A stretch of DNA of 54,303 bases from assembly GCA_045596985.1 (NCBI GenBank), contig JAZODM010000019.1:1-54303 (forward strand). The letters are read 5' to 3'. Positions 1 through 8,785 of this stretch are shown here, in pieces. The translations under genes and the position numbers were made by a program. The DNA comes from Clostridia bacterium (GTDB lineage: Bacteria; Bacillota; Clostridia; UMGS1883). Under the pieces are notes generated by a model, which was not told the origin of the DNA, searched no databases, and saw only the letters and a program-made list of their open reading frames with translations. Numbering within the stretch: position 1 is the stretch's first letter; each line of letters opens with the position of its first letter.

Positions 1-1236
<1,236 letters not shown>

Positions 1237-1267
1237 GTACATATTTCAAAATTCAAAATTAATGAAA

Positions 1268-1299
1268 GGCTGTGGCAAAATTTTGTCACAGCCTTTTTT
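1268..1299 (+). terminator. Rho-independent terminator of gdhA
   Basis: GGCTGTG(GCA)-loop-(TGT)CACAGCC stem followed by TTTTTT. Confidence 0.8.
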
Positions 1300-1348
1300 C
1301 ACCCCCATATAAATTTTAGCATAGAATATAACGGGAGGTGAATAATCT

Positions 1349-1771
1349 ATGAATAACTTTGGATGTTCTTGCAGAGGCGGTTGCACGCTTCTTGCAATTG
1401 GTGCAAGTATCATTTTGGGAATTGTTGCGGCAGTTCTCAACTTTTTGGCGATTATAACCGTAACTCCTGCATTTTTATGGGTGGTTTTCGCTATCGCTGT
1501 CGTTTACCTTGCAATACTGCTTGTCGTTTCGGCAACCTCGCGCAGCTTTGCGGCACGAAGCTGTCTGTGCCCGATACTATCAGTTTTAATAACGGGAATT
1601 TTAGGCGCAATTTTAACAGCAGTAATTCTTTTGGCGGTTACCTTTGCCGCTACAAGCGGAATTGGCGCAATAATAGTCGGCTTACTGGTACTGTTTTTCT
1701 CTCTAACAATAACAACAACGGCGTGTCTTGTAAAGTGTGTTGCAAGATGTGATGATGAAGAGACGCTATAA
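1349..1771 (+). CDS. Hypothetical polytopic membrane protein with Cys clusters at both termini
   Basis: 140-aa ORF with SD GGAGGTG (1334-1340) about 8 nt upstream of the ATG. About four long hydrophobic segments. N-terminal GCSCRGGC and C-terminal CLVKCVARC. No family recognised. Confidence 0.55.
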   Translation: MNNFGCSCRGGCTLLAIGASIILGIVAAVLNFLAIITVTPAFLWVVFAIAVVYLAILLVVSATSRSFAARSCLCPILSVLITGILGAILTAVILLAVTFAATSGIGAIIVGLLVLFFSLTITTTACLVKCVARCDDEETL

Positions 1772-1956
1772 GGCTGACAAAGTCAGCCTTTCGCAACGAA
1801 AAGTTTCTAAAGAAAATGTTTCGTTGCGAGATAAGGGCTTACGCTCGCGCGGCACTCACCGTGCCAGCCCTTGTAAGGAATCAAAACCGAGGTTCACGCC
1901 CTCGGTTTTGATAAATTCAATGTTAAGGGGCATCCCCTTAACAATCCCCTTTTTTA
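1770..1956 (+). repeat. Multi-hairpin interspersed repeat, copy A
   Basis: Starts at the stop codon of the 1349-1771 ORF. Shares AAGGCTGAC-AAA-GTCAGCCTT and the GAGATAAGGGCT...CCCCTTAACA chain with 37188-37373 (+) and 48754-48915 (-). Confidence 0.85.
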
Positions 1957-1966
1957 ACGTAATAAA

Positions 1967-1997
1967 ACAGGCGTTGGGATTTTGTCCCGACGCCTGT
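1967..1997. terminator. Bidirectional hairpin terminator between convergent genes
   Basis: 13-bp stem ACAGGCGTTGGGA / GTCCCGACGCCTGT (one G-U) with a TTTT loop. T-rich tails on both strands. Lies directly 3' of the minus-strand kinase stop (2009). Confidence 0.75.
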
Positions 1998-2008
1998 TTG
2001 TGTTTTTC

Positions 2009-3379
2009 TTACTTTATTTTTGGAAGGCTTGCTGCTGCAACCGACTGCCCCACTCTTCTTGCTTTTTCATCAGGAATATGAAGAGTAATCTTCTCACTAA
2101 GCTCGGGGAATTCTGTCCTGAGAACTTCTTTCGCCTGATTAAGAAGAATTGTACCGCCCTTACCGCTTGTAACTCTGCCCATAATAAGAACGTGCTTTAT
2201 ATCATAGAAAATCGAGTAATAAGCAATTGTATAGCCAAAATATGTACCGATTGTTTCATAAATATCTGCCGCACGGCTGTCGTCATTTTCCATAAGACCC
2301 TGAACAACCTTGAGCTTTTCTGCAGGTGAAAGGCTTTCATCAAGCTCAATTCCTGCCTTAGGCGCAAGCTTTATTACAGCATCCTGCGAGAAATACTTAA
2401 CACCGCAGCCATAATCACCGCTCCACTCGTCAACCATCGCACCCTTATTAAAGTCAACGGGAACGAACGCAAGTTCGTTAAGCCAGCCTGTTATATTTCC
2501 GTCCTTGTCAACATAACCTGCCGCCTCGCTCGTACCCATTGCAACGCCGAGTACGTTGTTATCCTCAAGGCTCATTGCGCCTGCCAGTGCTGTTACGTCA
2601 CCGTCATTTGCAACCTCAACGGGAACATCGCCGATTTCCTTTGCAACGTCAATGTACATATTCTTTACGTGCTTTTCAAAATCTTCATCAGATACCTTTA
2701 AGAAGAGTGATGCAACCATTATTTTGTTATCAATGTATACACCTGCTGATGAAACACCGATAGCATCAACTCTGGGCATATGTGATGCCGCAGTCTTCAT
2801 TGCGTTTAAAATACCCTCGTAATGATACATCGGGACGCTCTGAAGCTTGGGGAACCATACAACCTCGACAGAAAAAACTGTTTCACCGTCAACTACGGCA
2901 GAAACCTTACGGTCACTTCCGCCTGCGTCAAAGCCGATACGGCAGCCGTCAAGGTGACGGCCTACGGGTGATGATTTATCGTTTTCCTTGGGGGCATCCT
3001 GTACATTTTCAACATAGACAACTTCAAAAGGCTTTTCGTATACACGTGCCATAAAGTTAAAGTCAAATTCCCTTGCACCGCCAACGGAGTAATCTGCTGC
3101 AATACGCTCGTAAATATATTTAGAGCCTGCAACATATACCTTGTATCCGCCCTTCGCCCAAAGTAAGGTCTTAATAATTCTTTCTACTATTTCATAGTTT
3201 TCTTCATCGTGACCTGTATTTTCCTTATAAACGTCGAGCTTATATACAGCCATAAGTCCTCCGTTTCTCTCTACACAAACACAAACAGGCTGTGAGGGTG
3301 CATTTTTTACTGCTTCTTTATAATCGTTTATAACCTTTACCATTGGCATAAATTGTGGTTCAAGTTTTGCAATCATCAT
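2009..3379 (-). CDS. ASKHA-superfamily (ROK-like) sugar kinase with an unassigned N-terminal extension of about 150 aa
   Basis: Phosphate-1 motif IGFDAGGSDRK and ROK-like ANDGDVTALAG are present. The ROK CxCGxxGCxE zinc motif is absent. The ATG overlaps the nagA stop by 1 nt (TAATG), so the two genes are translationally coupled. Confidence 0.65.
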   Translation of the reverse strand: MMIAKLEPQFMPMVKVINDYKEAVKNAPSQPVCVCVERNGGLMAVYKLDVYKENTGHDEENYEIVERIIKTLLWAKGGYKVYVAGSKYIYERIAADYSVGGAREFDFNFMARVYEKPFEVVYVENVQDAPKENDKSSPVGRHLDGCRIGFDAGGSDRKVSAVVDGETVFSVEVVWFPKLQSVPMYHYEGILNAMKTAASHMPRVDAIGVSSAGVYIDNKIMVASLFLKVSDEDFEKHVKNMYIDVAKEIGDVPVEVANDGDVTALAGAMSLEDNNVLGVAMGTSEAAGYVDKDGNITGWLNELAFVPVDFNKGAMVDEWSGDYGCGVKYFSQDAVIKLAPKAGIELDESLSPAEKLKVVQGLMENDDSRAADIYETIGTYFGYTIAYYSIFYDIKHVLIMGRVTSGKGGTILLNQAKEVLRTEFPELSEKITLHIPDEKARRVGQSVAAASLPKIK

Positions 3380-4524
3380 TATTCTCCTTTATATCTTATT
3401 TCTCCGCCGAGGATTGTTGTCTTTACATTAAACTTTTCGTCGGCAATTACTATGTCGGCACGCTTTCCTTCTTCAAGGGAGCCGATTTCCTTATCCTCAC
3501 CAAGTGCCTTTGCAACATTGAGAGATGCACAGTTTACAGCCTCATAAAGCTCAAGGTCAGAGTTTTCATAGAGATTATAAACTGCCTCGTTAAGCTTTAA
3601 TACGCTGCCTGCAATTGTTCCGTCGTCCATCAGGCACTTAATGCCCTCTTTGTGTACGCTCTGTCCGCCTAATGTATAGTCGCCGTCGGGCATTCCGCCC
3701 GCTCTTATGCAGTCGGTGATAAGGCAAAGCTTATCCCCCTTGATTTTTGCAATAAGACCGAAAAGTCCCTTGTTTACGTGGAAGGTGTCGGCAATAAGCT
3801 CCGTGCTTACATTACTGTCTGCAAGTGCTGCACCTACAACGCCCGGGCTGCGGTGCGAAAGAGCTGTCATAGCATTAAAGAGGTGGGTAGTATGCCTTAC
3901 ACCCTTTTTAATTCCTGCCACAGCCTCCTCATAGGTTGCATCAGTATGTCCCATAGAAATAAGTACATTTGTATTTTTTGAAACCTTTTCTATACACTCT
4001 GCTGCACCATCAACCTCAGGTGCAACGGTGAAAAGCTTCACCAAATCTGAATGTTTTTCAATAAAATCAGCATCAGGCTTTAAAATATGCTCCTCCGCCT
4101 GCGCACCCTTTTTCTTCGCATTTATAAAGGGGCCTTCGCTGTTTACGCCCAAAATTCTGGAACCGTAATAAGAGGCGCTGTCCTTTACCTCACGCACTGC
4201 ATCAAATGCCGCTTCAATCTCTGCCTTTGAAACAGTCATCGTTGTAGGGCACCACGCAGTAACGCCGTTCTTTATGATGCCTTCTGCCATTTTTTTAATT
4301 CCCGCTACATCTGCGTCAGACGCATCAGCACCTAAGTAGCCGTGAATATGCATATCCACAAGACCGGGCGACACATACATTCCTTGTGCATCGATTACTT
4401 CATATGCACTAATGTCTATATCGCTAAGCGGGGCTATCTTTTCAATTTTTTCACTAAAAACGATTGCTACGCCTTCAATAGCGCGGTCTTTTAAAAGGAC
4501 TTTGCCGTTGATAATACATTTCAT
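3379..4524 (-). CDS. nagA: N-acetylglucosamine-6-phosphate deacetylase
   Basis: 381 aa with the amidohydrolase metal motif VDMHIHG, and the overall NagA-like sequence (GSRILGVNSEGPFI, HLFNAM). Confidence 0.9.
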   Translation of the reverse strand: MKCIINGKVLLKDRAIEGVAIVFSEKIEKIAPLSDIDISAYEVIDAQGMYVSPGLVDMHIHGYLGADASDADVAGIKKMAEGIIKNGVTAWCPTTMTVSKAEIEAAFDAVREVKDSASYYGSRILGVNSEGPFINAKKKGAQAEEHILKPDADFIEKHSDLVKLFTVAPEVDGAAECIEKVSKNTNVLISMGHTDATYEEAVAGIKKGVRHTTHLFNAMTALSHRSPGVVGAALADSNVSTELIADTFHVNKGLFGLIAKIKGDKLCLITDCIRAGGMPDGDYTLGGQSVHKEGIKCLMDDGTIAGSVLKLNEAVYNLYENSDLELYEAVNCASLNVAKALGEDKEIGSLEEGKRADIVIADEKFNVKTTILGGEIRYKGE

Positions 4525-4635
4525 AACCTATTCTCCTTTCTGAAATTATGCCGTCATTTTGATAATATCACAAAATTTTTGAGAACGCAACTCCTTTTGA
4601 ATAAAAATATCATATAATATAGAGGAGTGAAGTGA

Positions 4636-5598
4636 ATGAATTATCTTGATAAAGAACTTTTGAAAAAAGCGAACGTGGAGGCAATCTATAACGTATATAT
4701 GTATCTTGCGTACAAAAGCACCCCTGCGCCAAAGGAAACTTTTAAATCAATCGTGAGTACTCTGGAAGAGGATTTTAAAAACCCTTTCACTAACACATGG
4801 AGCGAGCGCGAAATACTACGGCTTAAAATCTTAAAAAATGCAGTGCGCTTTGACAGCGTTATCGCAAATTCAGTTATTGAAAACCTTATCGTTTCAAAAA
4901 GCCTTATGACGGCGTGCGCCTTTACAAAGCCTGATGAAAGCGTTTCCATTGTTTTTAAAGGGACGGGGAAAAGTGAATGGATTGATAATGGGGAGGGGTT
5001 AAGCGGTATTCCTGAGGAAAATACATATATTTTTTACAAAAAGGACGGGCGGGAGGAAGGCAGAAAAACTGTATACAACGATTTTGCCACAGACCAACAG
5101 GTCAGTGCACTCAACTGGTTTTATTTGACGGTGGCAAAGTGCGGCTGGGATAAAGACACAGGCATTACCGTTTCAGGTCATTCAAAAGGGGGCAACAAGG
5201 CGCAGTTTGTTGCAATTAATTCAGATCTGCCGCAGCTTTGCATCAGCTTTGACGGGCAGGGTTTTTCACCAGAGGCACTATCCGCACTCCAAAAAAAGCA
5301 CGGCGCACAATATGAAAAACGACGACAAAGCATCTATAGCTTTGCCGCCGAAAATGACTATGTAAATGTTCTTGGGGAGCCGCTTGTGCCGCCAAGTAAT
5401 ATGTATTACTTCAAATCGCGCGGAGGAGTTCATTATATGGAGGCTATTCTTACCTCGCGCGGCAAATTACGCCGCCAATGCGAGCAGGGGAAAACCTCTG
5501 CACACGTGCAAACCCTCTCGCGTGAGCTTATGAAAAAGCCGCCGCAGCTTCGCAGTTATATAACCTTGGGAGCAATGAACATTTTTCAGGAGAAATGA
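4636..5598 (+). CDS. DUF2974 / Mbeg1-like alpha/beta-hydrolase (lipase-like) protein
   Basis: 320 aa with nucleophile elbow GHSKGGNKA. SD GAGGAG upstream of the ATG. Family assignment is from memory of the GHSKGG-containing DUF2974 family. Confidence 0.55.
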   Translation: MNYLDKELLKKANVEAIYNVYMYLAYKSTPAPKETFKSIVSTLEEDFKNPFTNTWSEREILRLKILKNAVRFDSVIANSVIENLIVSKSLMTACAFTKPDESVSIVFKGTGKSEWIDNGEGLSGIPEENTYIFYKKDGREEGRKTVYNDFATDQQVSALNWFYLTVAKCGWDKDTGITVSGHSKGGNKAQFVAINSDLPQLCISFDGQGFSPEALSALQKKHGAQYEKRRQSIYSFAAENDYVNVLGEPLVPPSNMYYFKSRGGVHYMEAILTSRGKLRRQCEQGKTSAHVQTLSRELMKKPPQLRSYITLGAMNIFQEK

Positions 5599-5610
5599 AT
5601 ATGACGAAAA

Positions 5611-5712
5611 AAAGCCTGACTGTATCAAGCTTTTTAGTTCCTCGAAATAGGCACGATGACGGCTGGATAATAGGTTGCTGAGGGGCTAAAAAGCTTGGCA
5701 CAATCAGGCTTT
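5611..5712. repeat. Long inverted repeat (26-nt arms, 50-nt spacer) between convergent genes
   Basis: Arms 5611-5636 and 5687-5712 pair at 23 of 26 positions (plus one G-U) on the + strand. On the - strand two of the mismatches become G-U, and a T7 run follows the hairpin. Confidence 0.7.
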
Positions 5713-5722
5713 ATCGCATATT

Positions 5723-7345
5723 TTATTCTGCGTTATGACCTCGCTCTTTTATTGTGTCCGCAATTAAAGAAGCATATTCTTTACATTTTTCTTCGCTTTC
5801 GCTTTCAATCATTATACGGATAACAGGCTCTGTTCCGCTCTTACGAAGAAGTGCTCTGCCGTTTCCTGCAATAAGCGTTTCTACCTCTGAAAGCTTTTTC
5901 AAAACCTCACTGTCAGAGAGAACTGCCCCTTTATCCTTTACACGAACATTTTGTGTGTACTGCGGATAAAGTATAACAGGCGCTGCAAGCTCCGAAAGCG
6001 GCAGTTTACTATCGCAGATTTCCTCCGTCACCATAATGGCGGTGAGAATTCCGTCACCCGTTGTTGCATATTTTTTAAGGATAATATGTCCTGACTGCTC
6101 TCCGCCGAGGCAGAAATCCTTTTCCTGCATACATTCATATACAAAACGGTCACCTACATTGGTCTGCTCACACTTGATGCCTTCCTTTTCCAGGCTCCGG
6201 ATAAATCCGCTGTTTGACATAATTGTTGCAACAACAGTATTGCCGTTGAGCATTCCTCTTGATTTAAGACGCTTTCCAAGGATATAGAGCATCTTATCCC
6301 CGTCTACAACATTACCGTTTCCGTCAACCGCTATACATCTGTCCGCATCTCCGTCAAAGGCAAAGCCTACGTCAAGGTGCTGCTCTCTTACAAGACGGCA
6401 CAGGTTTTCTATATGTGTAGAACCGCAGTTTTCGTTAACATTAAGTCCGTTGGGGTCTGCACCTATTACAACAGTCTGCGCACCGAGTGCACCGAAAACC
6501 GATTTTGCAATCATCCACGATGCTCCGTTTGCACAGTCAAGACCTATTTTGAGGTTTTTATACGAATGTGAAGCCAGGGAAATAAGGTATCCCACATATC
6601 TGTTTCTGCCCGAGGAATAGTCAACAATACAGCCTATCTTTTCTCTGCACGCAAGCGGCAGGTCATCCCCTGAAACTCCGATAGCACTCAAATTACCGTC
6701 AATATATGCTTCAATAAGTGCCGTAACCTTATCATCAAGCTTTTCGCCGTAGCGGTTTATAACCTTTATTCCGTTATCATAGTAGGGATTATGTGATGCA
6801 GTAATCATAATACCGCAATCAAATTCCTCCTGTCGTGTTACATATGAAACGCTTGGCGTTGTTGTAACGTGGAGCATATATGCGTCAGCACCTGATGCAG
6901 TTATTCCTGCTACAATTGAATATTCCAGCATATAGCTTGAACGCCTCGTATCCTTTCCTATTACGATACGTGGTCTGTAGCCTGCTTTAGCACATCCTGA
7001 AAGGGGGGAGGAATAATACCAGCCAAGGAATCTGCCCACCTTGTATGCCTGCATAGATGTCAGGGTAAGATTTGCCTCCCCACGAAATCCGTCTGTACCA
7101 AAATATTTATTTTTTATTTCTTTATCAACGCTTTTAAGAGAAAGATTTATTTTATCATGCAAAAGCTCATCCGCCGAAACATTAAAAAGCTCGCAAAGCT
7201 GCAGTACCTTATCAATCTGCGGAAGAGCCTGATCCATTTCCCATTTTGAAACGGATTGCCTTGATACCGAAATTTTTTCAGCAAGCTGTTCCTGTGATAT
7301 ATCTGCCGCTATGCGAAGGGATGCAATTTTTTCACCTATTGTCAT
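5723..7345 (-). CDS. glmM: XRE-type HTH domain fused in frame to phosphoglucosamine mutase
   Basis: Residues 1-65 (MTIGEKIASLRIAADISQEQLAEKISVSRQSVSKWEMDQALPQIDKVLQLCELFNVSADELL) form an HTH_3/XRE pattern. From KYFGTDGFRGEAN onward it is full-length GlmM-like, with active-site TASHNPYYDNGIK, metal loop FDGDADR, and GEQSGH. Confidence 0.85.
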   Translation of the reverse strand: MTIGEKIASLRIAADISQEQLAEKISVSRQSVSKWEMDQALPQIDKVLQLCELFNVSADELLHDKINLSLKSVDKEIKNKYFGTDGFRGEANLTLTSMQAYKVGRFLGWYYSSPLSGCAKAGYRPRIVIGKDTRRSSYMLEYSIVAGITASGADAYMLHVTTTPSVSYVTRQEEFDCGIMITASHNPYYDNGIKVINRYGEKLDDKVTALIEAYIDGNLSAIGVSGDDLPLACREKIGCIVDYSSGRNRYVGYLISLASHSYKNLKIGLDCANGASWMIAKSVFGALGAQTVVIGADPNGLNVNENCGSTHIENLCRLVREQHLDVGFAFDGDADRCIAVDGNGNVVDGDKMLYILGKRLKSRGMLNGNTVVATIMSNSGFIRSLEKEGIKCEQTNVGDRFVYECMQEKDFCLGGEQSGHIILKKYATTGDGILTAIMVTEEICDSKLPLSELAAPVILYPQYTQNVRVKDKGAVLSDSEVLKKLSEVETLIAGNGRALLRKSGTEPVIRIMIESESEEKCKEYASLIADTIKERGHNAE

Positions 7346-7441
7346 AAATACAACTCCTTGTGGGAAAATATTGGTATATCATATTAATTATATTCAATTG
7401 TATCAGAGAAAATACATATCATCAACCAACTTTACTTTGAA

Positions 7442-7468
7442 TTTTTTGCAACCTGCAGTTGCAAAAAA
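7442..7468. promoter_or_regulatory. Perfect inverted repeat TTTTTTGCAAC-CTGCA-GTTGCAAAAAA upstream of HTH-glmM (candidate operator)
   Basis: 11-bp arms with a 5-nt spacer, about 100-120 nt upstream of the start at 7345. It sits just upstream of a plausible -35/-10 pair (TTGATG-17-TACAAT on the minus strand). Confidence 0.4.
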
Positions 7469-7508
7469 TTCGCTTTTTCTCTTTGTTACAGTTTTTATTA
7501 TACAAGAA

Positions 7509-7548
7509 AACGCAAAAGTTGTAAACTTTAATTTACAGCTTTTGCGTT
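7509..7548 (-). terminator. Terminator of the dGTPase-like gene
   Basis: 17-bp stem AACGCAAAAGTTGTAAA / TTTACAGCTTTTGCGTT (one G-U), followed by TTTT on the minus strand. Confidence 0.75.
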
Positions 7549-7554
7549 ATAAAA

Positions 7555-8547
7555 TCATATTTTATTCCACGACCTCGGCACATAAATATCATTAAATGTA
7601 TATATTGCAAAACGGTCGCTCATCCCTGCGATGTAATCGCAAACTGCCCTTTCAATACCCTGTGTCCACGCAATTTCCTGCATATGAATGGGAAGTGCAT
7701 CAGGCTTTTCGCAGTAATATGTGAAAATGCCCTCTATTATTCCGTGAACCTTGGCTTCTTCTTTTTTTGCGCTTGAGCCTACATACACGTATTCAAACAT
7801 AAATTTGCGCAGAGCGTTCATTGCAAGCTCCACTTCTTCTGTCATAAGGATTTCGCCTTTTCCCTGAGATGCAAAAATAATATCCTTCACAAGGGTGTTT
7901 ATCCTCTCTGAATGGGTTTCCCCAAGAATATCGGTAATGCTCTTTGGAATACTTTGCGGCGATATAACTCCACCGCGGCACGCGTCATCAATATCGTGGT
8001 TTATGTATGCAATTCTGTCTGCATACTTAAGGACTGTTCCTTCAAGGGTCTGCGCCTCGCAATCACCGGGGTGGTTTTTTATTCCGTCAAGTACTTCTTC
8101 CGTCAGATTAAGGTTTTCAAGCACCTCTACAACACGCAAGCTCTGCTCATTATGGCGAAAACCACTGCTGCACAGCGTATCAAGTGCCTTTTCCCCTGCG
8201 TGACCGAACGGCGTATGCCCCAAATCGTGACCCATCGCCATTGCCTCTGCCAAATCCTCGTTAAGCCTGAGCGAGCGCACAATTGTGCGCGCAATCTGCG
8301 AAACCTCCAGCGTATGGGTAAGACGTGTTCTGTAATGGTCACCCTCGGGCGTAATAAAAACCTGCGTCTTATGCTTTAAACGGCGAAATGCCTTGGAATG
8401 AATTATTTTATCCCTGTCGCGCTGAAATTCGGTGCGTATATCGCATAATTCACACGGTTCTTTTCTCCCCTTAGTATTCTGCGAAAGCATCGCATACGGG
8501 GAGAGTGTTTCACGCTCTATCTTTTCAGTTTGCTCACGTATTGTCAT
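7555..8547 (-). CDS. dgt: dGTP triphosphohydrolase-like HD-domain protein
   Basis: FQRDRDKIIHSKAFRRLKHKTQVF, RLTHTLEVSQIAR, and the HD motif GHDLGHTPFGH. Confidence 0.85.
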   Translation of the reverse strand: MTIREQTEKIERETLSPYAMLSQNTKGRKEPCELCDIRTEFQRDRDKIIHSKAFRRLKHKTQVFITPEGDHYRTRLTHTLEVSQIARTIVRSLRLNEDLAEAMAMGHDLGHTPFGHAGEKALDTLCSSGFRHNEQSLRVVEVLENLNLTEEVLDGIKNHPGDCEAQTLEGTVLKYADRIAYINHDIDDACRGGVISPQSIPKSITDILGETHSERINTLVKDIIFASQGKGEILMTEEVELAMNALRKFMFEYVYVGSSAKKEEAKVHGIIEGIFTYYCEKPDALPIHMQEIAWTQGIERAVCDYIAGMSDRFAIYTFNDIYVPRSWNKI

Positions 8548-8663
8548 AGGATACGCTCCTTTCTTGGGACTAAAGAAAAATGATGCACAACGGACAAACT
8601 GAGACCGAAGTTGTATATAGATACTACGAGAGGCTCAGTTTGTCCGTAGCGCAAGGGGTAATT

Positions 8664-8695
8664 CAAAAGAAATCCGCAGCGTACTGCGGATTTCT
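8664..8695 (-). terminator. Terminator of pfkA
   Basis: 12-bp stem AGAAATCCGCAG / CTGCGGATTTCT with a 4-nt loop, followed by TTTT on the minus strand. Confidence 0.85.
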
Positions 8696-8785
8696 ACATA
8701 ACTGTATTAAAAGCTCTTTTCCGCACACAGGTACTTTAATTTTTATACCCTTGCGCGCTGGGCGCATTTTGCTGATGTCCCTGAA

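Noticed and set aside
1737-2081. 114-aa plus-strand ORF covering repeat copy A
   Set aside because: The reading frame is not preserved in repeat copies B and C, and it runs through four hairpins and a bidirectional terminator. The element is non-coding.
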